Shown: positions 24,781-34,167, counted from the stretch's first letter. The stretch: 64,000 nt of DNA from an uncultured Syntrophobacterales bacterium (GCA_903928915.1 CAIYSL010000098.1:35179-99178); one strand, 5' to 3'. Numbers and translations: made by a program. The notes: generated by a model from the letters alone, not told the origin.

Positions 24781-26580
24781 GTGTTTCTGCCCGCCACTCC
24801 CGAAGAACTTCGCACGCTCGGCTGGGCAGGCCTCGACGTCATCCTGGTCACCGGGGACAGCTACATCGACAGCCCCTTCGTGGGCGTCTCCCTCATCGGG
24901 CACTGGCTCGTGCAGGCAGGGTACCGCGTGGGGGTCATCAGCCAGCCCGACCTCGATTCCTCAGCCGACATCGGCCGTCTCGGCGAACCTGCCCTCTTCT
25001 GGGGAGTGACCGGCGGGTGCATCGATTCGCTGATCGCCAATCGCACCGCCGCGGGAAAGCGCCGGCGGGAGGACGACTACACGGCCGGCGGGATCAACTG
25101 CCGCCGCCCCGACCGGGCGGTGATCGCCTACGCCAACCTGATCCGGCACCACTTCAAGGCGACCGCACCGATCGTCCTGGGGGGCGTCGAGGCGAGTCTG
25201 CGACGGATCGCCCACTACGACGCCTGGTCGAACCGGGTCCGCCGTTCCGTCCTGATCGACGCCAAGGCCGACCTGCTCGTGTACGGGATGGGGGAGCGGA
25301 CCGTCCTGGAGCTCGCCGAACGCCTCCGGGACAGGCTGCCCGTCACGGAGGTGCGGGGGGTCTGCTATGCCGCGACGGAGCCGAAACCGGGGACGGTGGA
25401 GCTCGCCTCATATACAGCGGCCGCCGGCGATCCGGCGGCCTTCCGGGAGATGTTCCTCGCCTTTGCCCGGAACCAGGATCCCCTGACGGGCCAGGGGCTC
25501 TCCCAGCGGCAGGATACCCGCTGGCTGATCCACAACCCGCCGCAATTGCCGCTCACCGAACCGGAGATGGACGCCGTCTACGGGATGGATTTCGAACGCG
25601 CGCTCCACCCCCGCGACCGCCGCCGGGGGCCGGCCCGGGCCGTCGAGACGATCCGCTTCGCCATCCCCACCCACCGGGGATGCTACGGCGAGTGCAGCTT
25701 CTGCGCGATCGCCGTCCACGAGGGACGCACCGTCAGCTCCCGGAGCGAGGAGTCGATCCTCCATGAGGCAGAACTGATCGCCGGCCTGCCCGATTTCAAG
25801 GGGTACATCCTCGACGTGGGCGGGCCGACGGCGAACATGTACGGGTTCGAATGCGCCAAGAAGCTCCGCCGGGGGGCCTGCCTCGATCGTCGGTGTCTGT
25901 ACCCGAGCGTCTGCGAATCGCTCCGGCCGGACCATGACCGCCAGCGCCGCCTGCTCGCCAAACTCCGCCGGACTCCCGGCGTCAAGCAGGCGATCGTCGC
26001 CTCGGGGATCCGTCCCGACCTGGTGCTCGCCGACAGGAAGCAGGGAATCCCCTATCTCCGCGACGTGGTCCGTCATCACACCTCCGGCCAGATGAAGATC
26101 GCCCCCGAACATTCGGAGGAGCGGGTCCTCAGGTGTATGGGAAAGCCGAGCCGGGAGAGCCTTCTGCCGTTCTGCGAACACTTCCGCCGCCTCACCGCCG
26201 AAGCGGGCAAGGAGCAGTTTCTCACCTACTACCTGATCGCGGCCCATCCGGGCTGCACCGAGGCGGACATGGAGCAGTTGCGACGGTTCGCCGCCCGGGA
26301 CCTTTCGATCCGCCCCGAACAGGTCCAGCTGTTCACGCCGGCCCCCTCCACCCTTGCGACGCTGATGTACCACACCGAACGGGACCCCTTCTCGGGCAGG
26401 CCGCTGTTCGTCGAGAAAACGGCCGCGGGCCGCGAGCGGCAGAAGAACATTCTGGTTGCGAAAGCGGGGCGTTTCAGGTATGAAATGGCCGTATCTCACC
26501 AAACGCAGAAGGAGGTCAGGCCATGGGCAAGGACAAAGACGTCAAGAAAGAAGCCAAGAAGAAACCTTCCAAAACGTTGA
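24781..26580 (+). CDS. ygiQ: YgiQ-family radical SAM protein
   Basis: GTG 24781 gives VFLPATPEELRTLGWAGLDVILVTGDSYIDSPFVG, the family N-terminus. Radical SAM cluster HRGCYGECSFCAI. Basic C-terminal tail. The 705-aa track ORF from 24463 overlaps the upstream membrane gene and is rejected. Confidence 0.85.
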   Translation: MFLPATPEELRTLGWAGLDVILVTGDSYIDSPFVGVSLIGHWLVQAGYRVGVISQPDLDSSADIGRLGEPALFWGVTGGCIDSLIANRTAAGKRRREDDYTAGGINCRRPDRAVIAYANLIRHHFKATAPIVLGGVEASLRRIAHYDAWSNRVRRSVLIDAKADLLVYGMGERTVLELAERLRDRLPVTEVRGVCYAATEPKPGTVELASYTAAAGDPAAFREMFLAFARNQDPLTGQGLSQRQDTRWLIHNPPQLPLTEPEMDAVYGMDFERALHPRDRRRGPARAVETIRFAIPTHRGCYGECSFCAIAVHEGRTVSSRSEESILHEAELIAGLPDFKGYILDVGGPTANMYGFECAKKLRRGACLDRRCLYPSVCESLRPDHDRQRRLLAKLRRTPGVKQAIVASGIRPDLVLADRKQGIPYLRDVVRHHTSGQMKIAPEHSEERVLRCMGKPSRESLLPFCEHFRRLTAEAGKEQFLTYYLIAAHPGCTEADMEQLRRFAARDLSIRPEQVQLFTPAPSTLATLMYHTERDPFSGRPLFVEKTAAGRERQKNILVAKAGRFRYEMAVSHQTQKEVRPWARTKTSRKKPRRNLPKR

Positions 26581-26636
26581 AAGAGAAGAAAGAGGCCAAG
26601 CGGGCGAAGAAGGCCGGCAAGAGCGGAGAGATGTGA
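26523..26636 (+). CDS. small lysine-rich protein (37 aa), unannotated
   Basis: Below the ORF-track size cutoff. Consensus SD GAAGGAGG (26508-26515) lies 7 nt before the ATG. Sequence MGKDKDVKKEAKKKPSKTLKEKKEAKRAKKAGKSGEM. Third-position G+C is clearly higher in this frame than in the overlapping ygiQ tail frame. Its ATGTGA end overlaps the GTG start of the next gene. Confidence 0.45.
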   Translation: MGKDKDVKKEAKKKPSKTLKEKKEAKRAKKAGKSGEM

Positions 26637-27514
26637 GTTCTCCCGCGGCGGGACGCCTGCCGCGGCCGCTCGTCGATTGCCACGTCCACCTCTTTCCGGA
26701 CCGGCTGTTCGACGCGATCTGGCGGCAGTTCGTCACGGACTACGGCTGGAAGGTCCTCCATCAGCTCTACTGGCGCGAGTGCCTTGCCCACCTCCGCGAG
26801 CGCGGGGTGGGAACCGTGGTCTATTCCAATTACGCCCACCGCAGCGGGATCGCCCGGGGTCTCAACGACTGGAACCTGGGGGTCCTCGCCGCAGACCCTT
26901 CGCTGTTCTGCTTCGCCGCCTTTCACCCCGACGACGAGGACTGCCTCGCCATGGCGGAGGAGCTCCTCACCCACCCCCGGATCCTCGGGTTCAAACTGCA
27001 GCTCCTCGTCCAGCGCTTCCCGCCCGACGACCCGCGGCTGTACCCCCTGTACGAACTGGTGATGGCCAAGGGCAAACGGCTGCTGCTCCACGTGGGCACC
27101 GGGCCCGTGGGGAACGAGTTCGTGGGCGTCCTCCCCTTCCGGCGGCTCCTCGCCCGCTACCCCGACCTCCCCGCGATCGTCGCCCACATGGGGGCCCTCG
27201 AGTACGGGGCCTTCGGCGATCTTCTGCCCGACCACCCCAACCTCCTGCTGGACACGGCCTTCGCATTCCTCCCGAGCCTCGGCGCGGTGTGCGACCTCAG
27301 CCCCGAATTTCTGGAGCGCTGGCGTGACCGTATCCTCTACGGGTCGGACTTCCCCAACATCCTCTTCACCCGGGAGGAGGAGATCGACACCCTGCTCGGC
27401 ATGGATCTTTCTCCGGAATTCTACGCCGCGGTGTTCCGCGACAACGGCCTGCGGCTGAGCCGCGGTACGAGCCGGACGGGGGGGCAAGCCCCCCACGACG
27501 CAATCACGTCGTAA
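26633..27514 (+). CDS. amidohydrolase-family (TIM-barrel metal hydrolase) protein
   Basis: GTG 26633 gives VSSPAAGRLPRPLVDCHVHLFPD (HxH metal motif near the N-terminus). Later VAHMG and YGSDFP motifs. The longer 26456 start would overlap ygiQ. Confidence 0.8.
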   Translation: MSSPAAGRLPRPLVDCHVHLFPDRLFDAIWRQFVTDYGWKVLHQLYWRECLAHLRERGVGTVVYSNYAHRSGIARGLNDWNLGVLAADPSLFCFAAFHPDDEDCLAMAEELLTHPRILGFKLQLLVQRFPPDDPRLYPLYELVMAKGKRLLLHVGTGPVGNEFVGVLPFRRLLARYPDLPAIVAHMGALEYGAFGDLLPDHPNLLLDTAFAFLPSLGAVCDLSPEFLERWRDRILYGSDFPNILFTREEEIDTLLGMDLSPEFYAAVFRDNGLRLSRGTSRTGGQAPHDAITS

Positions 27515-27524
27515 ACCTCGCATC

Positions 27525-27547
27525 GTCCGCCGTCAAAGGCGGCGGGC
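27525..27547 (+). terminator. possible terminator hairpin after the amidohydrolase gene
   Basis: GTCCGCCG-tcaaagg-CGGCGGGC (8 bp including one G.U), 11 nt after the stop. No U-tract follows, so support is weak. Confidence 0.3.
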
Positions 27548-27749
27548 ATCGCCCGTGAGTCCTGCGATGCGGCCGGGACGATCAAATTCCTTGCAAATAC
27601 AGCCTTCCTATAGTTCAATTCTCGCCGGTCGGTATGAGCGAAGAAGCGCGGAGGGGAAGCCGGTCGAGGTCCGGAACCGCACCTGCGCCAGCGTCACGGT
27701 CTCAGCGGTTCCCCGGGGGATCGGGGATACGTTGTCAAGACAGGGATGT

Positions 27750-28091
27750 TCAGATCCGGCCGTAGTCGTCGGCGAGCCGTTCGATGTCGTCCTCGCCGAA
27801 GTAGTCGCCGGTCTGGACCTCGATGAAGATCACATCATCCGTCCCCTGGTTGGCGATGCGGTGGGCCGCGCCGCAGGGGATGTTGACGGCGTGACCCGGC
27901 TTGAGGGAAATCGCACGCGTGTCGAGGGTTACGATCCCCTCCCCTGCCACGAGATACCAGTGTTCGGAGCGGCGGCGGTGGCGCTGGAGGCTCAGGCGTT
28001 TTCCCGGGTAGACGCAGACCCGTTTCACCTTGTGGTCGGACTCGTCGGCCAGGACCGTGTAGTATCCCCAGGGGCGATGATCCGTTTCCAT
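27750..28091 (-). CDS. cupin-domain protein, mannose-6-phosphate isomerase type II C-terminal-domain-like
   Basis: ATG 28091 after SD AAGGAGAG. METDHRPWGYYTVLADESDHKVKRVCVYPGKRLSLQRHRRRSEHWYLVAGEG...IPCGAAHRIANQG is the PMI/GMP cupin pattern. 113 aa. Confidence 0.8.
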   Translation of the reverse strand: METDHRPWGYYTVLADESDHKVKRVCVYPGKRLSLQRHRRRSEHWYLVAGEGIVTLDTRAISLKPGHAVNIPCGAAHRIANQGTDDVIFIEVQTGDYFGEDDIERLADDYGRI

Positions 28092-28369
28092 GCGGCTCTC
28101 CTTGTAACGCCGTTGCCTGCCGGTACGGCGCTTCCGTCCCGTCCACGCCGATTCATTTTCCGCCGGATCATACCGTCCCGGGAGGCGGGGCGGCCGTGCC
28201 GAAGGCGCCGGTGGCCGCTTGCTGACGCAGACGGCCCTCTTATACCGTAACTCCCGTAAGATGACAAGACAGGACCGTACCCCGGAACCGCAGGAGAAGC
28301 GGCACCCCCGGCGGACGGCACTCCGCAAGAGAGGTAACAACCAACCTGCAATCCGCGCCAATATCCCCC

Positions 28370-28398
28370 TTGTAACCTTATTAATTAGGTGATAAAAA
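28370..28398 (+). promoter_or_regulatory. candidate promoter plus near-palindromic operator of the repressor gene
   Basis: TTGTAA (28370-28375), 17-nt spacer, TAAAAA (28393-28398). The spacer contains the 16-bp near-palindrome ACCTTATTAATTAGGT (28375-28390, 14/16 symmetric). The predicted transcript would begin next to ATG 28404, so it may be leaderless. Confidence 0.35.
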
Positions 28399-29363
28399 GA
28401 AACATGCCTGTGTCCATGAAAAAAATTGCCCGGCGAAGAATCGCAATCGGCATGACCGTCTCGGAATTTTGCCGGCGCGTCGGCATCTCCCGGAAGGCCT
28501 ACTACGATTGGGAAAAGAGGGCTGCTCCGCTCGCGCCGAAATACGCACAACTCGTCTCAGGGGTACTCGGGATCGCAATCGACGACCTGTCGGAGGAGGC
28601 TAACGGGCAGATGACTGATACGCATGCGGCAGTGCGACGTTTCGACATCCACGAGGTGAAAGGCCGGACCCGGTGGGCCATCGATCACATAATCACCGCG
28701 CATGCATTATCGAATGCGAAGCTCGCCAAGATCCTGGGGCTGTCAACCTCTACCGTCGATAGTTACCGGCGCGGCATCAAGACCCCCAAATTCGAGACTC
28801 TTGCCTTCATGCAGACAACCTACCGAATAAGCCTGGATTGGATGGTCGACGGTCTCGGCAGCCAATTCACGGATATTCGGGCCGCGGAGCTGTTCTCCGC
28901 TCCCCCGGCGAAGTGCGCGGGACCCGACGCCGGAAATGACGATGCAGCGCTGCCTCCCGGCGAATTCGTGTTCATCCCCCAGATGGCCGGAACCACCAGC
29001 CGGGGAGGGCTGGCGCCGGATGCGGCTACGGAAATGCGGATCGCCTTCCGCCGGGATTGGATCGCCCGCAAGGGGCTTCCGCAGGATATGTCCATCATCA
29101 AGGTACAGGGGGACAGCATGGAGCCGACCCTCCAGTCCGGCGACCTGGTGCTGGTGGACCACAGCAAGGATACGATCACCCGGGGCGGCCTTTTTGCGAT
29201 CACCATCGACCAGGAGATCCTGATCAAGCGGATTCAACCCCTCATGGGCCAAAAATTACTCGTTATTTCAGACAATTCAAAATACACCTCCCTCGAAATC
29301 GCCGCCGAGGAGATCCACATCAACGGGAAAGTAATCTGGTTTGCCCGGGAACTGGAGAGATGA
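28389..29363 (+). CDS. CI/LexA-type repressor: two HTH domains plus C-terminal S24 self-cleaving peptidase domain
   Basis: 324 aa. Alternative starts at ATG 28404 or 28416. XRE-type HTH (MTVSEFCRRVGISRKAYYDWEK). Second CI-like HTH (LSNAKLAKILGLSTSTVDSYRRG...ISLDWMVDGLG). S24 motifs GDSMEPTL and ILIKRI. G+C is visibly lower than in the flanking DNA. Confidence 0.85.
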   Translation: MIKRNMPVSMKKIARRRIAIGMTVSEFCRRVGISRKAYYDWEKRAAPLAPKYAQLVSGVLGIAIDDLSEEANGQMTDTHAAVRRFDIHEVKGRTRWAIDHIITAHALSNAKLAKILGLSTSTVDSYRRGIKTPKFETLAFMQTTYRISLDWMVDGLGSQFTDIRAAELFSAPPAKCAGPDAGNDDAALPPGEFVFIPQMAGTTSRGGLAPDAATEMRIAFRRDWIARKGLPQDMSIIKVQGDSMEPTLQSGDLVLVDHSKDTITRGGLFAITIDQEILIKRIQPLMGQKLLVISDNSKYTSLEIAAEEIHINGKVIWFARELER

Positions 29364-29438
29364 GGGGAGGTACAGCGGGAAAAGGTAACAGAGGGCAGGC
29401 ACCATTATAATCCGGGTCGCTTAAACAAGAATAATCGC

Positions 29439-29467
29439 TTGACAACCGTCAAATTTTGACCTTGTAT
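29439..29467 (+). promoter_or_regulatory. candidate promoter/operator of the ABC-fdrA-arcC operon
   Basis: TTGACA (29439-29444), 17-nt spacer, TTGTAT (29462-29467). The -35 is part of the perfect palindrome TTGAC-aacc-GTCAA (29439-29452). A third TTGAC lies at 29456-29460. Confidence 0.4.
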
Positions 29468-29513
29468 GGGGCCAGGAACAGCAATCTCCGCTGCGAAAGG
29501 AATCGGTCAGCCC

Positions 29514-31052
29514 GTGAACCCGTCCCCCCTCCTGTCCCTGCGAGGAATCACAAAGTCCTTCCCGCCTGTCATGGCAAACGACCGCGTCGACCTCGACATG
29601 TACGGCGGAGAAATCCACGCACTCCTGGGGGAGAACGGCGCCGGGAAAAGCACCTTGATGAAGGTCCTCTACGGGTTTTACCGGGCCGACGCGGGAGAAA
29701 TCCGCGTGGAGGGCAAGCCCGTGAGCATCCGCTCGCCCCGGGACGCCCGCAGGCATGGCATCGGGATGGTGTTCCAGGACTTCATCCTGATTCCGGCGTT
29801 GACGGTGGCCGAGAATATCGCCCTCTTCTTGCCCGACTTGCCCTTCATCCCGGACGGTGCCGCCCTCAGCGGCCGTATCGAGGATATTTCGGCACGCTAT
29901 TCCCTGCGGGTAAACCCCGCCGCGCCCGTCTGGCAGCTCTCGGTCGGCGAACGCCAGAAGGTGGAGCTGTTGAAGCTGCTCCTGGCGGATGCACGCATCC
30001 TGATCCTCGACGAACCCACGCGCAGCCTGGCCCCCCATGAGACGGCGGGATTGTTCCGGGTGCTGGCGAACCTGCGGCGGGACGGGTACGCGGTGACCGT
30101 CATCACCCACAAGATGAAGGAGGTCCTCGGGTACGCCGACAGGATCACGGTCATGCGCCGCGGTACGATCGCCGGCGCCCTCCGCGGCACCGAGGCCACG
30201 GAGAGCGGGCTCGTCCTTATGATGTTCGGAAAACCCGCTGCCGAATCTTCCCGCGGCCGGACTGCCCCTCCGGCTGGGGAAGGGCCGCCCTTCCTGGAGT
30301 TGAAGGGGATCGCCCTGCGGCCGGAAGGAACCGGCCCGGGACTCAACGGGATCAACCTGACGGTCAGGCCCGGTGAAATAGTCGGTATTGCCGGTGTGTC
30401 CGGCAACGGCCAGCGCGAGCTGGGTGATGTGATCCTGGGGATCGAGCGCGCTGTGCGGGGGGAAAAGATGCTGGGGGGCGCGGATGCGACCGACTGGTCC
30501 GTTGCGCAGGTCCGCAGCAGCGGCACGGCCTTCATCCCGGAAGACCCGCTGGGCATGGCCGCGTTTCCCTGGTTGAGCGTGCAGGAGAATATGGCGATGG
30601 CCGACACGGCCCGGTACGCCCGGCACGGGGGGCTGTCGATGGACTGGGAGTCCGTCCGCTCCGACTTGCAGGCCTCGCTCAACCGGCTCGGGTTTGCCAT
30701 CCCGCCCGTCCATGTGCCGCTGGGCGTTCTCTCCGGCGGAAACATCCAGCGGATGATCCTGGCCCGGGAGATGGCCCACAGTCCCCGTTTGATCATCGCC
30801 TTTTACCCTACCCGCGGCCTCGACGTGCAGAGCGCCGTTGCCGCCCGCGAGGTGCTCATGGATTCCCGCGACGCAGGGGCGGGGATTCTGCTGATCTCGG
30901 AAGACCTGGACGAGCTATTCGCACTCAGCGACCGCCTGGCGGTGATGCTCCGCGGCGAGATCGTAGCCACGGGCATCCCGCAGGACCTCACGCGGGAAGA
31001 AATAGGCTACCTGATGACCGGGTCGAAAGGAGCAACGGCGCAGCGTGGATAA
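29514..31052 (+). CDS. ABC transporter ATP-binding protein with duplicated ATPase domains (BMP/sugar-type importer)
   Basis: Walker [10 protein letters not shown]. Second nucleotide-binding domain ([11 protein letters not shown]). LSGGNIQR signature. Start set at GTG 29514 ([16 protein letters not shown]); the track start ATG 29466 would lie inside the predicted promoter. Confidence 0.85.
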   Translation: MNPSPLLSLRGITKSFPPVMANDRVDLDMYGGEIHALLGENGAGKSTLMKVLYGFYRADAGEIRVEGKPVSIRSPRDARRHGIGMVFQDFILIPALTVAENIALFLPDLPFIPDGAALSGRIEDISARYSLRVNPAAPVWQLSVGERQKVELLKLLLADARILILDEPTRSLAPHETAGLFRVLANLRRDGYAVTVITHKMKEVLGYADRITVMRRGTIAGALRGTEATESGLVLMMFGKPAAESSRGRTAPPAGEGPPFLELKGIALRPEGTGPGLNGINLTVRPGEIVGIAGVSGNGQRELGDVILGIERAVRGEKMLGGADATDWSVAQVRSSGTAFIPEDPLGMAAFPWLSVQENMAMADTARYARHGGLSMDWESVRSDLQASLNRLGFAIPPVHVPLGVLSGGNIQRMILAREMAHSPRLIIAFYPTRGLDVQSAVAAREVLMDSRDAGAGILLISEDLDELFALSDRLAVMLRGEIVATGIPQDLTREEIGYLMTGSKGATAQRG

Positions 31053-32094
31053 CGTCACGAGGGCAACGGGGACGGTGCGGAGCCGGCGGGCGGCGGCAGT
31101 CATCCGCTTCGGCGGCCTGATCGGGTTGGCCCTGGCGGTATTTGCCCTGGTCTTGCTGGCGTTCGGACAAAACCCCTTGCGCGCCTATGCGGATATCTTT
31201 CGGGCCACCCTCGGCAGCCCCTACGGGTTCTCGGAAGTACTGGTAAAGATGATCCCCCTCGTTCTGACCGCCCTGGCCGTGGCGATTCCCGCGAAGATCT
31301 GGCTGATCAACGTGGGAGGAGAAGGCCAGCTGTTCATCGGGGCACTGTTCGCGACCTGGGGCGCCCTGCATTTCGGGTCCCTGCCCGCCTGGCTGCTCCT
31401 GCCGCTGGTTTCCCTCCTCGGATTCCTGGGCGGCGGGTTATGGGCGCTGCTGTCCGGGATCCTGCGGGCCAAGGGATGGGCAAGCGAGACGATATCCACC
31501 CTGCTGATGAACTACGTAGCCATCCTGCTGGTGAGCTTCTTCGTCTTCGGTCCCTGGAAAGATCCGGAAAGCGCCAACTACCCCCAAAGCGCCCCCTTTC
31601 CCGATGCCGCCGTCCTGCCCTCCCTGTTCGAGTCGCGGGTGCACCTGGGGGCGCTGTTCGCGATCGTCGGCCTCCTGCTGTTTTACGTCGTCATGTCCCG
31701 GACGCGGTGGGGGCTGGAGATGCGCGCCCTGGGCATCAATCAGGAGGCGGCGCGGCGCAACGGCATTTCCGCCGACCGCTATATCCTGCTTTTGATGTTC
31801 ATCGGCGGCGGCATGGCCGGCCTGGCCGGCATGGGCGAAGTCTCGGCGATTCACGGGCAGCTCCGCCCGAGCCTCTCCCCGGGCCTGGGATACACGGGCT
31901 TTCTGATCAGCTGGATAACCATGGGCAGCCCGTCGGGCATCGTGGCGGCAGCGTTTCTGATTTCCCTGATCACGGCGGGCGGGGATATTCTCCAGATGAC
32001 GCACCGGATCCCGGCGGCGGCCATCCACATCCTGATGGCCCTGGTATTGTTCGTCGTGCTAGCCAGACGCAGCGGCACGGGGGGGAAGAAATGA
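31045..32094 (+). CDS. ABC transporter permease (BMP-type system, first permease)
   Basis: 349 aa, about 9 TM helices. Overlaps the ATPase stop by 8 nt and the next gene by 4 nt. Confidence 0.85.
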   Translation: MDNVTRATGTVRSRRAAAVIRFGGLIGLALAVFALVLLAFGQNPLRAYADIFRATLGSPYGFSEVLVKMIPLVLTALAVAIPAKIWLINVGGEGQLFIGALFATWGALHFGSLPAWLLLPLVSLLGFLGGGLWALLSGILRAKGWASETISTLLMNYVAILLVSFFVFGPWKDPESANYPQSAPFPDAAVLPSLFESRVHLGALFAIVGLLLFYVVMSRTRWGLEMRALGINQEAARRNGISADRYILLLMFIGGGMAGLAGMGEVSAIHGQLRPSLSPGLGYTGFLISWITMGSPSGIVAAAFLISLITAGGDILQMTHRIPAAAIHILMALVLFVVLARRSGTGGKK

Positions 32095-33008
32095 ACGAGA
32101 TGCTTTTCATCAGCATGCTGTCCGGCGCGATCCTTTCCGGCACCCCGCTCCTGTACGCGACCCTGTCCGAGCTGATCGGGGAACGGGCCGGGATCATCAA
32201 CCTCGGCCTGGAGGGGGTCATGCTGATCGGGGCGGTGGTGGGATTCGTGACGACGGTGCAATTCGGCAATCCGGTGCCGGGCCTGATCGCGGCCGCCCTG
32301 GCCGGGGCCCTGTTCAACATGATCTTCGCGTTTATCGTGATCTCCCGGCGCGCCAACCAGCTCGCCAGCGGCCTGGCGCTGATGTTCTGCGGCGTCGGCC
32401 TGAGCGCACTCATCGGCGCCCCCTTCATCGGCCGCCGGATCGAGGGATTGAGCCAGGTCCGGATCCCCCTGGCATCCGATCTCCCCTTTTGGGGACGCGC
32501 CTTTTTCCAATACGACATCCTGGTGCTGCTGGCGATCCCGACCGCGGTTGCCGTCTGGTGGCTTCTGTTCAAGACCCGCTGGGGCTTGAGCGTCCGCGCC
32601 GTCGGAGAAAACCCGACCGCTGCCTATGCGGCGGGCAGGAATCCCCACCTGGTGCAGTATCAGGCCCTGCTCATTTCCGGATTCCTGGGAGGGGTTGCCG
32701 GCGCACATCTCTCCCTGGCCCTGGCGCACACCTGGGCCGAATGGATGACGGCGGGACGCGGGTTCTTCTCCGTGGCCCTCGTGATCTTTGCGAAATGGCA
32801 CCCGCTGCGGGCGATCGCCGGCGCGCTGCTGTTCGGCGGGGCGATCTCCCTGCAGCTGCAGATGCAGGCCCGGGGGGTTCCGGTTTCCTCCTTCCTCCTG
32901 GACATGCTTCCCTATGGATTAAGCCTGGCCGTTCTCATCCTCTGGAGCAGGGCCCGCCGGTCCGCAGTGCCCGGCAGTTTGGGGCGGGTGTTTCAGGGGA
33001 CGGAATGA
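32091..33008 (+). CDS. ABC transporter permease (second permease)
   Basis: ATG 32091 overlaps the previous stop (ATGA). [44 protein letters not shown] is the typical branched-chain/ribose-type permease N-terminus. Confidence 0.85.
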   Translation: MNEMLFISMLSGAILSGTPLLYATLSELIGERAGIINLGLEGVMLIGAVVGFVTTVQFGNPVPGLIAAALAGALFNMIFAFIVISRRANQLASGLALMFCGVGLSALIGAPFIGRRIEGLSQVRIPLASDLPFWGRAFFQYDILVLLAIPTAVAVWWLLFKTRWGLSVRAVGENPTAAYAAGRNPHLVQYQALLISGFLGGVAGAHLSLALAHTWAEWMTAGRGFFSVALVIFAKWHPLRAIAGALLFGGAISLQLQMQARGVPVSSFLLDMLPYGLSLAVLILWSRARRSAVPGSLGRVFQGTE

Positions 33009-33066
33009 GCGGGGTCACGGTAACGGTTCGGCGATTGAAAACGACAGAGGCATGAAAGGAGAACGC

Positions 33067-34167
33067 ATGAAAAACACGGCACGTCTCATCCTGCGGGAGT
33101 TGGCGATTCTGGCCAGCGCACTCTTGGCCCTGGGAACGGTTGTTCCTTCCGCCGCGCAGGCGCAGGAAAAACTGAAGGTGGGCATCGTCCATATCGGCTC
33201 CATCCACGATGCCGGCTATAACCAGGCCCATGCGGAGGGGGTGCAGATCATGAAGAAGAATCTGCCCAATGTGGAGGTCATCCAGGTCGAGAATGTCCCG
33301 GAAGGGGCGGACGCGGAACGGGTCATGGAGAACATGATCAAGCAGGGCGCAAAGCTGATCATCCCCGCGAGCTTCGGGTTCATGGACCCGGCGCTGCGGG
33401 TGGCCAAGAAGTACCCGGAGGTGAAGTTCGTCCATCCGGGCGGGTATAAGCTCGCCCCGAACATGGGCACCTACTGGGCCAGCACCCCCGAGGCCTTCTA
33501 CCTGATGGGGATCGCGGCGGGCAAGACCACCAAGACGAACAAGGCGGGATACGTGGTCGCCCTGCCGATCAGCTTTTTCCTGGCCAACGTCAACGCCTTC
33601 CAGCTCGGCGCCCGGTCGGTCAACCCCAGGTTCGAAACCCGCGTGGTCTTCATGGGAACCTTCCTCGACGCCCCGAAGGAGGCCATCGCGGCGAATGCCA
33701 TCCTCGACATGGGCGCGGACGTCCTGGGGGTGATCGTCGACTCCCCGATTGCGGTCGTGCAGGCAGCGGAAAAGCGCGGCGCCTACTCGATCGGCTACCA
33801 CTACCTGGGGGTGCAGAAATTCGCGCCCAAAGGGTGGATCAGCGGTATCGCCTTTACCTGGGGCGAACTGTACACCCGGTTTGCCAAACAGGTCATGGAC
33901 GGCACCTGGAAGAGCGAGGCCCTGTTCGGGAACCTGAGCAGCGACTACCTGACGATTTCCCCCTTCGGTCCGGCAGTGTCGGCGGATGCGGTAAGAATGG
34001 TCAACGACACGAAGCGGGAGTTCATCGCCGCCCGGAAGCATGTCTTCGCGGGCCCGCTGAAGGACAACAAGGGGGCGGAGCGGGTGAAGGCCGGGGAGGT
34101 GTTCCCCCTGCAGGGGATCGGGAAGATGGACTGGCTGGTCGAGGGGGTCATCGGGCAGCCCAAGTAA
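33067..34167 (+). CDS. BMP-family (basic membrane protein/PnrA-like) ABC substrate-binding protein
   Basis: ATG 33067 after SD AAAGGAGAA. Signal peptide, then KLKVGIVHIGSIHDAGYNQAHAEG, the BMP lipoprotein-family pattern. Confidence 0.85.
   Translation: MKNTARLILRELAILASALLALGTVVPSAAQAQEKLKVGIVHIGSIHDAGYNQAHAEGVQIMKKNLPNVEVIQVENVPEGADAERVMENMIKQGAKLIIPASFGFMDPALRVAKKYPEVKFVHPGGYKLAPNMGTYWASTPEAFYLMGIAAGKTTKTNKAGYVVALPISFFLANVNAFQLGARSVNPRFETRVVFMGTFLDAPKEAIAANAILDMGADVLGVIVDSPIAVVQAAEKRGAYSIGYHYLGVQKFAPKGWISGIAFTWGELYTRFAKQVMDGTWKSEALFGNLSSDYLTISPFGPAVSADAVRMVNDTKREFIAARKHVFAGPLKDNKGAERVKAGEVFPLQGIGKMDWLVEGVIGQPK

Noticed and set aside
27515-27749. Possible small RNA in the 236-bp convergent gap (good -10-like TATAGT at about 27620, 8-bp hairpin GGAACCGC...GCGGTTCC at about 27669-27708, direct repeat GCCGGTCG)
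   Set aside because: There is no convincing -35, no U-tract terminator, and no resemblance to any RNA family I know. The hairpins may simply be the terminators of the two converging genes.
28250-29465. Prophage or mobile element
   Set aside because: Only the repressor gene is present. I found no integrase, transposase, phage genes, tRNA target or flanking direct repeats, so I do not call a mobile element. I call only a compositionally atypical islet.
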